A DNA stretch of 63,027 nt, counting the filler, from an uncultured Thermoplasmatales archaeon (GTDB lineage: Archaea; Thermoplasmatota; E2; DHVEG-1): the NCBI GenBank assembly GCA_964517155.1. It is 5 parts of 5 records of this genome, joined end to end, with 100 filler letters (N's around TTAATTAATTAA, not from the genome) between each part and the next. Parts side by side here need not be neighbours in the genome. Positions count along the whole stretch, not along the records: positions 1 to 25,835 come from CAZFAZ010000043.1; positions 25,936 to 41,433 come from CAZFAZ010000044.1; 3 more parts are not named here. The stretch is one strand, 5' to 3'. Both the position numbers and the translations under genes were made by a program. Below, piece by piece: positions 23,157 to 33,602 of this stretch (positions are counted from its first letter, which is position 1; each line of letters starts with the position of its first letter). The notes beneath the pieces are model-generated. The model ran no database searches and was not told the origin of the DNA. It worked only from the letters and a program-made list of their open reading frames with translations.

Positions 23157-23917
23157 GTGAGAAATGGCGTTATCTGGTTACAAAAGACAATTCTGCGGCA
23201 AAAAACATGGCAATTGATAGAGCAGTATTAGTTGCTAATAGTGAAGGAAAAACCCTGCCTACTGTTAGGTTTTATACATGGAGTCCTCCTGCGATTTCTA
23301 TTGGATATTTTCAGGGACTCTCTGAAGAAATTGATCTTGAAAAATGCAAAGAATTTGGTGTAGAGTATGTCCGTCGTATAACTGGCGGCGGTGCTGTTTT
23401 TCATGAAGATGAGTTAACGTATAGTATAGTTATTCCTGAGAGTCATTCTCAAATTCCAAAAAATATTATAGAGAGTTATGGTCGTATTTGTGGAGCTGTC
23501 ATGAAAGGCTTAAAAAATCAAGGAATTGATAGTGTTTATGCTCCAATTAATGATATTGTCTCTGGAGGGCGTAAGATTTCTGGTAATGCTCAGACGCGTA
23601 AATTAAAAACTGTTCTTCAGCATGGTACTGTTTTATTGGATGTTGATGTTGAAAAAATGTTTTCACTTTTAATTGTTCCAAATGAAAAAATACGCGATAA
23701 AATGATTGCAGATGTTAAACAGCGTGTTACTTCCGTTAAACATATCCTTGGTAAATATGTTTCTTTTGATGATTCATTAGATGCTATGAAAAAGGGTTTT
23801 GAAGAAGAGTTTAACGTTGAGCTTGTAAGGGGTAAGTTAACAGAGTATGAACAGGATTTAACAGAAAAATTTGAAAAAGAATGTTTTGCAAACCCTGATT
23901 GGAATCATAAAAGATAA
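23153..23917 (+). CDS. lplA: Lipoate-protein ligase catalytic subunit
   Basis: NMAID, RRITGGGAVFH, KISGNAQ, LQHGT. Confidence 0.92.
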   Translation: MSEKWRYLVTKDNSAAKNMAIDRAVLVANSEGKTLPTVRFYTWSPPAISIGYFQGLSEEIDLEKCKEFGVEYVRRITGGGAVFHEDELTYSIVIPESHSQIPKNIIESYGRICGAVMKGLKNQGIDSVYAPINDIVSGGRKISGNAQTRKLKTVLQHGTVLLDVDVEKMFSLLIVPNEKIRDKMIADVKQRVTSVKHILGKYVSFDDSLDAMKKGFEEEFNVELVRGKLTEYEQDLTEKFEKECFANPDWNHKR

Positions 23918-23921
23918 ATTT

Positions 23922-24695
23922 TTAGTATTCATCAAGATTAATCTGCATTCCATCTGATGCAGCAATGACTTTTACGCCTGTTTTTTCACTAAGTTTTTCT
24001 GCGATTTTCCATGGTTTTGCTTTAATCATAGTCATGCCAAAATGGGTAATAACACAAAGTTTAGGTTTATTTGCTGTAATTATTTTTTCAGCATCGTTAA
24101 CATCCAGATGAAGGATATGGTCTTTTTTTTCATGCATTACAAGATTAATAATCAGAATTTTGCCTTTGTAAAATTCTTCAAGGTTTTTAAAGTATTTTGT
24201 ATCAGATATAATTGAGATTGTATGGTTCTTACTTAAAAAATTCAGTCCATATGTTTCAACACCATGAATATGTTTTACAGGAGTATTGAAATTAATGTTA
24301 CCTATTTTGTATTCTTTATTTTCTTCTAATCTGATAACTTTTTCAACTTTTTCAAGGAAATGTTTCAGTATTACTGGATCTGTGTCAATTGCATCACTTG
24401 GTGCAAAAAGTACTCCTTTTTTGTTCCATCCTCCATTTGTCATAGCTTCAATCATCAGGTTAACATCGTTTGAATGATCAAGGTGTTTGTGAGTAAGTAT
24501 AATTCCGTCAAGTTTTTGAGGATTTAGTTTAGGTCTGCTTGCATGGCAGCGAGTAAGTGTTCCCGGGCCTGGATCGATTAGCAGGTTTGTGTCATCTAGA
24601 TTAAGCCATATTCCAGCAGCTTGTCTGAGCTGGTTTATTAAAACGAAACGTCCGCCACTGGTTCCAAGGAATTTTATATAGTTCATTTTTATCAC
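23922..24695 (-). CDS. Metallo-beta-lactamase-fold hydrolase (RNase Z/PhnP-like)
   Basis: FLGTSG, IDPGPG, THKHLDH (HxHxDH), SDT, THFG. Confidence 0.88.
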   Translation of the reverse strand: MIKMNYIKFLGTSGGRFVLINQLRQAAGIWLNLDDTNLLIDPGPGTLTRCHASRPKLNPQKLDGIILTHKHLDHSNDVNLMIEAMTNGGWNKKGVLFAPSDAIDTDPVILKHFLEKVEKVIRLEENKEYKIGNINFNTPVKHIHGVETYGLNFLSKNHTISIISDTKYFKNLEEFYKGKILIINLVMHEKKDHILHLDVNDAEKIITANKPKLCVITHFGMTMIKAKPWKIAEKLSEKTGVKVIAASDGMQINLDEY

Positions 24696-24740
24696 AGTTG
24701 TCTTAGAAAACTATTTGCACCTTGTAATTATTTTACCAAT

Positions 24741-25070
24741 ATGAATCTTACTGATTATACTTATTATCTTGTTAGGCAGATTCCATCTGGTAGGGTTTCT
24801 ACTTATGGTGCTGTTGCAAAAGCACTTGGAAATAAAGGTTATGCTCGTGCTGTTGGTAAATATATGAATAAGAACCCTGATGCTAATACTATGCCTTGTT
24901 TTAAAATAGTAAAATCAGATGGTAGTCTTGGTGGTTTTGGACTAGGTATTGATGATAAAATAAGGCGTCTAAAGAAGGATGGAATAACTGTTAAAAATGG
25001 TAAAATTGTTGATTTTGAAAAAGTTTTTTTTGATGATTTTAAAACAAAGTATCCTTTGAAGAAAAAATGA
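24741..25070 (+). CDS. MGMT/Ogt-family alkyl-DNA-binding protein, C-terminal domain only
   Basis: IPSGRVSTYG, ARAVG; PCFKIV in place of PCHRV; LGGF. Confidence 0.85.
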   Translation: MNLTDYTYYLVRQIPSGRVSTYGAVAKALGNKGYARAVGKYMNKNPDANTMPCFKIVKSDGSLGGFGLGIDDKIRRLKKDGITVKNGKIVDFEKVFFDDFKTKYPLKKK

Positions 25071-25072
25071 TT

Positions 25073-25835
25073 TTATAAGTCTTTTAGGTCTTTACTTGAA
25101 ATAACAGGTATTTGGTATTCTTGGAACCATTTTTTGTATTCTGTTACTTGTGATTTTTTAAGTGATTTTTTATGCAGGTATGCTCCTTGTACGTTTGGTG
25201 TTGCATTAAGTGTTTTTTTTATTATTTCTTTATTTATGTTTCCTGAATCTATCTGATAATTTGGTATCATATGTCCAAATGCTACGTTTTTTGAAAGAGC
25301 AATATCTGTAAATCTTGGTGCGTAGTGTCCTCCACCTATTCCTATTATCACTGGTATTTCTTTTGGTAAATCTTTTTCACATTGGTAATTATCTAGTAAT
25401 TCTAATAGTGATTCTGCAATTATTTCTGCTGGTTTTTGTTTTTCCCATTCTTCTTGGTTGCTTCCTACTTCAGTAAAAAGTGTTGGAATGCTAAGATATG
25501 GTCCATGGTGTGTTACTTCAAAACATACTTGGTGATATGTTTTTTTTATTTCTGCATTTTTTTTAATTATCCTAAGTAGTTGTGTCATTAGTCTTGGTGC
25601 AGAAGGTGTTAGTGTTTGTGTTTTTCCTCCGAATTGTGCCTCTCCGTAGTTTCCAATCGGGTGTGTTGTAAGCGTTGGCTCTCCTGTTTTGCTTCTGTGT
25701 CTGGTTATATATATTGCTTGTTTTGGTTTGATTTTTAGTTTTTGTTGTATTTCTTGTTCTATGTTTTCGTGTTTTATTGTTCTGTCTTTTATTGTTATCA
25801 TTATTATGTTTTCATGGTTGTTGTTTTTGTAGACT
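25073..25835 (-). CDS. dtdA: D-aminoacyl-tRNA deacylase (archaeal DTD2), 5'-truncated by contig end
   Basis: RHRS, LTTHPIGN, FEVTHHGP, EVGS, GIGGGHYAP; frame is open to the contig edge. Confidence 0.92.
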
Positions 25836-25935
25836 NNNNNNNNNNNNNNNNNNNNNNNNNNNNNNNNNNNNNNNNNNNNTTAATTAATTAANNNNNNNNN
25901 NNNNNNNNNNNNNNNNNNNNNNNNNNNNNNNNNNN
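25836..25935. other. Artificial contig linker
   Basis: N run - TTAATTAATTAA (stops in all six frames) - N run. Confidence 0.98.
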
Positions 25936-28162
25936 AAACTAGATTTGAAACATTACAAATTTTAGTACCATTTGACTCAGCAATACCAATACTCGAGCCA
26001 ATATCAGGGCTAGTTTGAATACTCCAATTAAAAAGATCACCATTGTTATCTGAAAGCTCAATACTTAAATTTGTAATATCAACAGATATATTTGTTGAAC
26101 CATTAACAGGATCAGGATCAGCCTGGTTGACTGGGTCATTAAAATACACTGTATTTAACCTAAGAGCCTGTGCAGGATCACCAAAAAAATGAGTACTATA
26201 CCATGTATAACACCAAGCACGAGAACTAAAAGAAATTACTGCGGCCATTTTATCCTGTGCATAAGCCATTGCTTTACCAAGCTGCCAATTGCTATGATCA
26301 TCAGATTGATTATTTAAAAAATAATCCCAAAAATAAGCCATCATATACTGACTTGCACCATTGGTTGAAGCTCCAGACCCATAACCATAACCAGTGTTAA
26401 GCACAAGAGCAAAAGCATGTTTATCAGGATATTTACAAATAAGTTTTTCACAACCTGCTTCGCCACTTTGATATCTACCTGCAAGACAACCTTGAGACAC
26501 GCCTAAAAATGGTTTAGTATTTGAAATACTATCCCAATTTACAAGACTTAAAGGATTAGTCCAACTGCTGTGATCAAGATGATTAATAATAGATGCATTA
26601 TCATCTTCAACTGACTGTTCAAAATATGTTTTGTAACCTGAACCTAAATCTGCATGATACACCCTTTCAGAAGTATCAAACACATATTCAGGATATAAAT
26701 CATTAAACTCTTCAAAACCTGTAAACGTTCTATACGTATCGGTTCCAAGTCTTATCTCTTCCATATAATCCTTTGAAGTAACAGACCATTTATCACCAAG
26801 ATTGCCACCCCAAAAAGACACCGTTCTAAGCCAACTATCTGAAAGACTTTCGTTTGTATCATAATTTATTATTTTACTTACGGCATTTGAAACCATTTCC
26901 GCGTTTGAAACAGTTATCCGCCCAACAAAAAGCTCGGAATACAAATCATTTACACCACTGTTTACACCACCACCCCAATAACCTGAATCAGAGTGATACC
27001 AATCACCATCCAGATGACTATAATACATATCACAAGCCATATCATTATATTCTTCTGGTTCAAATATATCTGTGAAAAGACGATAAGGCACTATCTGATG
27101 ACTTGGAGTTGAATCCCAATCACCTGCAAGTAAAATATATTCTGTATCCCACTCCTGATAAGCATCTTTACAAAATTCTCTAATACGTGCCTGTGTATCA
27201 TTAAAAAGAGCAGACTCATTAAAGTATGCACTACAAGAATTTATTTCTTCAACAGAGACAATTATTCCTGAAAGCCCGCTATAACTCTGCCGATGAGAAA
27301 TAAGATTAGACCAATTATAATCATAACCTGTTGTATCCTTCAATGAATCAGAAGTAATTATAACATACTCATATGTTTCAGAAGGATCACACAGACCACC
27401 AGGATAACTTAAGATTTGATCCCCTGCTAAAGGGATATTTACACCCGAACTATATGTTTTAATATCAGAAGGATTTTTAACAATAGCTGAAACTATCTGT
27501 TCATCTTTTTCAGATCCTCTAAAAAAACTATTTACGTTTGATAATAAAACATCATCTTCAAAATTAACAGTAATGGTTATTTTGTCAGCATAATAAATTA
27601 AGCCATTTTTAGGAATATACTGAATGGGATACAAAAAAACAGTTAAAATTTCATAACCGCGACAAAAGCCTATACTACCTATGCTAAACACATTTTCAAA
27701 TACAGGATTATTTGATTCATACAAACTTTCATTTTTCATAAAAGATTTTTCATCTACATCAACACTAAAAGGAAAAGCCTCCTGCTGAGGAACAACAGGT
27801 TTTGTAACTAAATCATTTTTAATTAAAACAAAAGGGCTATTTGAAATACTGATATCTAAAACTTTTTTTCCATTTGGAATAAGAATATTTACTGGATAAA
27901 CAGGCAACGTAGGATCACCAGGACTTGCCGCAAAAGGCACACAATCTTGCATTTTAATCTGAGTAAAAACATTATCACTAATTGTAATATCTTCAAACAT
28001 GGGTTTGGTAAAAAAAACATCAAAAACAATAGAGTTACTATCCGTTTTTGCAAAAGAGATATTTGCAGAAAAAAATGCATTAAAAACAATAAAAATCGTC
28101 AAAACTAATACTGAATAACGCTGCTTTCCGCTAAGGAACTTAAGAGGCGCATCCCAACGCAC
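25936..28162 (-). CDS. Secreted gingipain-like cysteine peptidase (family C25) with propeptide, 3'-truncated
   Basis: N-terminal signal/TM; propeptide (PGDPTLP..LIP, LYPIQYIP); EYVIIT, IREFCK, YILLAGD, CDMYYSHLDG, ELFVGRI; putative catalytic His (NHLDH) and Cys (SQGC); FFGDPA. Confidence 0.9.
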
Positions 28163-28433
28163 GATATCCCATCCAACTTTAAAAAATTAAACCTATGAGT
28201 GCTTTCCAAAAACCATATCATTAAATGTTTATATAAGTATTACTGCAAAAAAAATTATTTAAAAATCAAATAAAATTTTTTAAATACTTTAAAGTTTATA
28301 TTTAAAAACGAATTATATCTCAATATACAAAAAGATTTTTTGAAACAAATTGCATTAAATACAAACTTTTTTAAAAAAAATTGTTACCAATTTAACATAT
28401 ATTTAAATAATAGAAAGGCATTTTGTTAAAGAT

Positions 28434-28967
28434 ATGGCAAAAAACAGTGTAAAACAAATTCAAAAAGATGAAAAAACAATACTAGAAGAACTAGCAAAAA
28501 ATGCAAACAAAAGTATAAATGAAATTGCAAAAACATGTAATTTCTCAAGACAAAAAGTATGGAGAATAATAAAAAACCTAGAAAAAAACCATACAATATG
28601 GGGATATGTTGCAGTAATAGACGAAGAAAAACTAGACAAAAAAAGCTACATGATATTTATAAAAAGAACAAACAAACCACTATCACAAGAACTAATAAAT
28701 AAAATAGTAAAAAGAGAAATAGTAACAAAATCAAAAAAATCAGGAATAGAAGTAACAAACAGCATATATACACATGGGATTTATGATTGGATAATATGCT
28801 TTGATGCAAGTGATATACGAGAAGCAAAAGGATTTGTAGAAGAAATAAACAAAACATTTGAAGGATTTATATCAGAAATACATCTAATTGAAAAGATGTT
28901 CTCAGCTGCAAGCTGTGGAATTACAAATCCGGAAATTAAAAAATTAAACAGTTTCTTCAAACTTTAA
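28434..28967 (+). CDS. Lrp/AsnC family transcriptional regulator
   Basis: N-terminal HTH (SINEIAKTCNFSRQKVWRIIKNLE), IWGY, HGIYDW in the RAM domain. Confidence 0.88.
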   Translation: MAKNSVKQIQKDEKTILEELAKNANKSINEIAKTCNFSRQKVWRIIKNLEKNHTIWGYVAVIDEEKLDKKSYMIFIKRTNKPLSQELINKIVKREIVTKSKKSGIEVTNSIYTHGIYDWIICFDASDIREAKGFVEEINKTFEGFISEIHLIEKMFSAASCGITNPEIKKLNSFFKL

Positions 28968-28998
28968 CTGTATACTTTAAAAAAAGAATATAATTTGA

Positions 28999-29223
28999 TT
29001 ATACTGATGAAGAACCTTTAACCTCAACATTATTTTTTTCTTCTTTAACAACATCTTTAGATTCTTTTTTGCCACCACTTTTAAACTCAGTATAACCGCA
29101 TTTACCACAACTGAAACGATCTTTATGCTCTGCAATAAAAACAGCAGGACCGCATTTAGGACAATGACGTCGTATTCTATTGATTTTATTTCCTTCAACT
29201 TTGAAAAACTCGTATTTTTTCAT
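28999..29223 (-). CDS. rps27ae: 30S ribosomal protein S27ae
   Basis: CPKCGPAVFIAEHKDRFSCGKCGYTE. Confidence 0.96.
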   Translation of the reverse strand: MKKYEFFKVEGNKINRIRRHCPKCGPAVFIAEHKDRFSCGKCGYTEFKSGGKKESKDVVKEEKNNVEVKGSSSV

Positions 29224-29229
29224 ACTAAA

Positions 29230-29979
29230 TTACTCCTTTTCATCCTCTGCTTTTTTATCTTTTTTTTCTTTCGAGTCTTCTTCATCTTTCGGTGCAACTG
29301 CTTTTTCTTCAGATTCTACAGCAGATACTTCCTCACCAGGCTTCTCAGATTTAATTTCTTCCAAAGGTTTTTCTTCTTCAACTTGTACTTCTTTTTCAAC
29401 TACCTCTGCAACAGCCTCATCTGACTTTGGCTCATCCGCAGCAGTTTCCACCGGAGCTTGCTCTACAGGTGCCTCAGATACAGCTTCAGCTTTATCATCA
29501 GCAGGTTTTTCTTCGACTGCAGGTTCAGAAGGCTCTTGTACTGCCACAGGAGTTTCTTGAGCAACAGGCTCAACTTTAACTTCGGGCTCTACTTCTTTAA
29601 TTTCCGGCTCTGCAGGCTTAACTTCTGCAACAGGTGCTACATCAGCAGATGCTTCAGAGGGTTTTGCCTCTTTTTTATCTTTTTTTGTCTCACCTATTTT
29701 ATTGCGTTTTAAAATATATTCATTTTCTAAATCCTTTGAGTTCTCAGCAGAAGTATAAACCTTAGCATAACCTGTTGTCACATTTATTCCAAAACCTGGT
29801 TTTATGATATTTACTATTATGTTTTCCTTTTTTGAATTCAGTTTATCAGCAAGTTCACTTCTGATTAACTCACGATTTGGAGTACCCTCTCCAGCATGTT
29901 TTACTGTAAAATATACCTCTGTTCGCTTTAAGAGAGGATTGTTTTTCTTTGAATCGATTTCTATTTCCATATTACTCAC
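29230..29979 (-). CDS. rps24e: 30S ribosomal protein S24e with long acidic C-terminal extension
   Basis: NPLLKRTE, GTPNR, GYAKVY, YILKRN, then ~150 aa of E/P/A/K-rich tail. Confidence 0.93.
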   Translation of the reverse strand: MSNMEIEIDSKKNNPLLKRTEVYFTVKHAGEGTPNRELIRSELADKLNSKKENIIVNIIKPGFGINVTTGYAKVYTSAENSKDLENEYILKRNKIGETKKDKKEAKPSEASADVAPVAEVKPAEPEIKEVEPEVKVEPVAQETPVAVQEPSEPAVEEKPADDKAEAVSEAPVEQAPVETAADEPKSDEAVAEVVEKEVQVEEEKPLEEIKSEKPGEEVSAVESEEKAVAPKDEEDSKEKKDKKAEDEKE

Positions 29980-30481
29980 ATCTCATTATATCAAGTACTT
30001 TTTTAACCTTATCCTTAATTTCTTTTGTTGGTTTAACAACTAAGACCCCCTTATCCGGCAATCCATATATTATAGTTACGTCGCTAGGAGCAAAAAACAG
30101 CACTATAAGACTTGCAAGATCTTCCTCGCCTTCAACTTCAATACGAAAAGGACCACTATTTAAGTTTTCAAAAATAATTTTAATAACTTCACATAAATCA
30201 TCAGTAATAACACCAGGTGGATTCTTGACATTTATACTTTTCTTTCCAAATGACTTAATTTTACTAATCACTTCGTCTTCACAAACACCCCTATGTGTTT
30301 TATAATCAACTATGCAAAAAACTGGTTCAAAACCATTTTTTAAAAGTGTATAAGTTACAGTATCGCCAATTGAAATGATTTTTTCTTTATCTTTTAAAAT
30401 CTCTAAAAGTTTTTTTTCATCAACCAATCTACCAATCGGCTCTTTTAGAATATCTCTTAAATTTTCAGGTACAATATACAT
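29972..30481 (-). CDS. GTP-dependent dephospho-CoA kinase (DUF359/UPF0218)
   Basis: LKEPIG, IGDTVT, IVDYKT, NPPGVIT, EGEEDL, YGLP; typical rpoE-spt4-DUF359-S24e context. Confidence 0.9.
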   Translation of the reverse strand: MYIVPENLRDILKEPIGRLVDEKKLLEILKDKEKIISIGDTVTYTLLKNGFEPVFCIVDYKTHRGVCEDEVISKIKSFGKKSINVKNPPGVITDDLCEVIKIIFENLNSGPFRIEVEGEEDLASLIVLFFAPSDVTIIYGLPDKGVLVVKPTKEIKDKVKKVLDIMRCE

Positions 30482-30496
30482 AACACTAAAAAAAAT

Positions 30497-30682
30497 TTAC
30501 ATTACTTTTAAAGCATATTTACCAGGTTTTTTAATGTTCATATGTTCTGCAACCTGCGAATCCTCAGGGTTACGTATTATAACATATCCTCTCCATCTTT
30601 TAGATGTAGGACTAGAACAAAATGGACAACTATCTTTCTCAGTTAAATAATGACAGGTTTTACATGCCCTTACAATCTTCAT
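30497..30682 (-). CDS. spt4: Transcription elongation factor Spt4 (RpoE'')
   Basis: RACKTC..CPFC, WRGYVII, PGKYALKV. Confidence 0.95.
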   Translation of the reverse strand: MKIVRACKTCHYLTEKDSCPFCSSPTSKRWRGYVIIRNPEDSQVAEHMNIKKPGKYALKVM

Positions 30683-31284
30683 TTCTTACCCTTCTTATTT
30701 TTTTCTTTTTCTTGTGTTTTCTTTTTTTCTTCTTCAACAGGTGCATAAATCCATTCATGAGCACCAAGAGACGGCTGCCTCATAGTAAGACCAATTTTAC
30801 TTTCACGCGCAGAAAGCTCATTAAGACTTACTGCTACAACCCTTGCACGCACTGAATCATTCTTCCTAATTGTTAATTTTTTTTCTTTACCAGTTATTAC
30901 TTCACTATCAGAATCAACTTCTACATAATCATTCATTATCTGACTCATATGAACAAGTGCATCAAGTGGCCCGATATGACAAAATGCACCAAACTCTACT
31001 ATTTCACAGACAACAGCATCAATTACCTCTTGAAGTTCAGGTTTAAAGGTTAATGCCTCAAATGCGACTTTCTGATACATAGCTCCATCACCATGTATTA
31101 CTATACCGCTGCCAACAGGTTCTATATTTTCTGCTACAACTATAACACCATAGTCTTTTCGCATAATTCCTTCGAAAGTATCCTGAACTATCTTTGTTAC
31201 AACTTCATCCAAATCATCACTAAATTTGTTTGGAGGTATGCGAATTGTGTCTTGAATTTTTACTTTGTAATACATAAATATCAC
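30679..31284 (-). CDS. rpoE1: RNA polymerase subunit E' (Rpo7)
   Basis: IRIPP, HGDGA, EFGAF, DALVHMSQ, KIGLTMRQPSLG. Confidence 0.96.
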   Translation of the reverse strand: MIFMYYKVKIQDTIRIPPNKFSDDLDEVVTKIVQDTFEGIMRKDYGVIVVAENIEPVGSGIVIHGDGAMYQKVAFEALTFKPELQEVIDAVVCEIVEFGAFCHIGPLDALVHMSQIMNDYVEVDSDSEVITGKEKKLTIRKNDSVRARVVAVSLNELSARESKIGLTMRQPSLGAHEWIYAPVEEEKKKTQEKEKNKKGKK

Positions 31285-31357
31285 TACTTTAAATTAAATA
31301 TAATGGGTTTGTTGGAATATATTTACTGTTTATATTCTTTTTGAATGCTATGCTTGA

Positions 31358-33406
31358 TTATGCTAATGCGATTATAAGTGGTAAAAATACCAAGCTTACA
31401 ATACTCATTAGTTTAATTAGAATATTCAAAGATGGACCAGATGTATCTTTAAATGGATCCCCTACTGTATCACCTATAATTGTTGCTTTATGTGCAGCAG
31501 ACCCTTTTCCACCAAGATTACCTGCTTCAATGTATTTTTTTGCATTATCCCATGCCCCACCAGAGTTTGCAAGAAATACTGCAAGCAAAAACCCTGTTGC
31601 AATAGAACCTATAAGAAGCCCACCAAGCCCTTCGGGTTTTAAAACTATTCCCACAACTATTGGGGATATTACTGCAAGCAAACTTGGCAAAATCATCTCT
31701 TTTAAAGCCTGCTTTGTACTAATTGCAACACAACCTTTGTAATCGGGTTTGTTTTTGTCACTTTTTAAAAGGCCAAGTTCTTTGAACTGCCTTCTAACTT
31801 CCTCTACCATCTGATATGCTGCACGTCCTACTGCACCCATTGTAAGTGCAGTAAACACAAATGGAAGCATAGCACCAATAAATATTCCAACTACGACATT
31901 TGGATTTGCCAGATTAAGAGATAGATTGTAGCCAAACACAGTTTCTGCTGTTACTATGTAGGTAAATATCAAAGCAAGCGCTGTAATCGCTGCAGAACCT
32001 ATCGCAAAGCCTTTACCCATCGCAGCAGTAGTGTTTCCAACTGCATCAAGCTGCTCAGTTCTTTCTCGTACTTCTTTACCCAGCCCAGCCATCTCAGATA
32101 TTCCTTGTGCATTATCTGCAACAGGCCCATAACAATCAGTTGCAAGCGATACACCAAGAATAGAAAGCATTCCAACCGCAGATATTGCTACTCCATAAAA
32201 ATCTGCAAAATAATATGCTGCGAGCATCGCTACTGAAACTGCCATTACCGGAATTATTGTACTCATCATCCCAATTTGTAAACCTTGAATAATTACTGTT
32301 GCAGGACCAGTTCTTGATGATTCTGCAATGCTTTGAGCAGGTTTTCGCTTCTCGGAAGTGTAGTACTCAGTGCTGAGACCAATAACCATTCCTGCTGCAA
32401 GGCCCGCAAGTATAGCATAAAAGGGATTCATATCTTCAAGCATATACCAAGTCATAACACCTGCAAGTATTGCTGTTAAAATTGTTGCCACATATAAAGA
32501 GTTTCTAAGAGCACCATAAATGTTTTTACCTTTACCAAACGTAACGATTAACACACCTGCAATTGATGCAAGTATTCCAACTGATGCTATAACAAGTGGA
32601 AGCCGCAATGCATCTGCTCCATAAGTTGTCATTGCAAATCCGCCTGAGATTGCTGCAAGCGCCATTGTTGCAATGAGTGAATCTACATATGACTCGAAAA
32701 GATCTGCACCCATCCCTGCAACATCGCCCACATTATCCCCTACTTGATCGGCTATTACTGCAGGGTTTCTTGGATCATCCTCAGGGATTCCTGCTTCAAC
32801 TTTACCGACAAGATCTGCTCCAACATCTGCTGCTTTTGTGTATATTCCACCGCCTACGCGAGCAAATAACGCAATTGATGATGCCCCAAAACCAAAACCA
32901 AACAACATATTTGTGGCTGTTCCAGCGCTAAATGAAAATAGTTCAGTAAATGCATAAAAAAGACCAAATACACCAAGTACTCCAAGACCTACAACGCACA
33001 TTCCCATAACAGCTCCACTTGAAAATGCTATTGAAAGACCTTTTGAAAGACTGCTTTTTGTACCCTCAGCCGTTTTTACATTTGCCATTGTTGCCATACG
33101 CATTCCAATGTTGCCTGAAAGTGCTGAAAAAATCGCACCTATAACAAATGCAATCGAAAGTCCTGCCTCAATATTGCTTCCTTCAATAAATGACGCGGCA
33201 AATAGTAGCGATGAAACAATTACCACGAATATTATCAAAACTTTATATTCGCTGTTTAAAAAAGCCATTGCTCCTTCGCGTATAGCAGAGCCCAACTCTT
33301 TCATTTTTTCGTTTCCAGAGCTTTGTTTTTTAACAGAAAAATACAAAAATACTGCAAAAAGCAAAGCCAATATGCCTCCAATTGGTATAATTAGTGATAT
33401 TTCCAT
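31358..33406 (-). CDS. hppA: Membrane-bound ion-translocating pyrophosphatase (K+-dependent, probably Na+-pumping)
   Basis: [54 protein letters not shown]. Confidence 0.96.
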   Translation of the reverse strand: MEISLIIPIGGILALLFAVFLYFSVKKQSSGNEKMKELGSAIREGAMAFLNSEYKVLIIFVVIVSSLLFAASFIEGSNIEAGLSIAFVIGAIFSALSGNIGMRMATMANVKTAEGTKSSLSKGLSIAFSSGAVMGMCVVGLGVLGVFGLFYAFTELFSFSAGTATNMLFGFGFGASSIALFARVGGGIYTKAADVGADLVGKVEAGIPEDDPRNPAVIADQVGDNVGDVAGMGADLFESYVDSLIATMALAAISGGFAMTTYGADALRLPLVIASVGILASIAGVLIVTFGKGKNIYGALRNSLYVATILTAILAGVMTWYMLEDMNPFYAILAGLAAGMVIGLSTEYYTSEKRKPAQSIAESSRTGPATVIIQGLQIGMMSTIIPVMAVSVAMLAAYYFADFYGVAISAVGMLSILGVSLATDCYGPVADNAQGISEMAGLGKEVRERTEQLDAVGNTTAAMGKGFAIGSAAITALALIFTYIVTAETVFGYNLSLNLANPNVVVGIFIGAMLPFVFTALTMGAVGRAAYQMVEEVRRQFKELGLLKSDKNKPDYKGCVAISTKQALKEMILPSLLAVISPIVVGIVLKPEGLGGLLIGSIATGFLLAVFLANSGGAWDNAKKYIEAGNLGGKGSAAHKATIIGDTVGDPFKDTSGPSLNILIKLMSIVSLVFLPLIIALA

Positions 33407-33602
33407 AATAACCTCTCACCCTTTTTCCAATGAACAAAAATCAGTTATTTAACAATTATGTTTTATCTAAAAATTTAGAACAAAAATATAAATAGGTGTG
33501 AATTGTAAAGATAAAGATATAAATTATAATTAACATTATATATTAATTACTGTTAACGTTTCAAATTAATAAATATGAAGAGTATCAGGATAGTTCTTAA
33601 AA

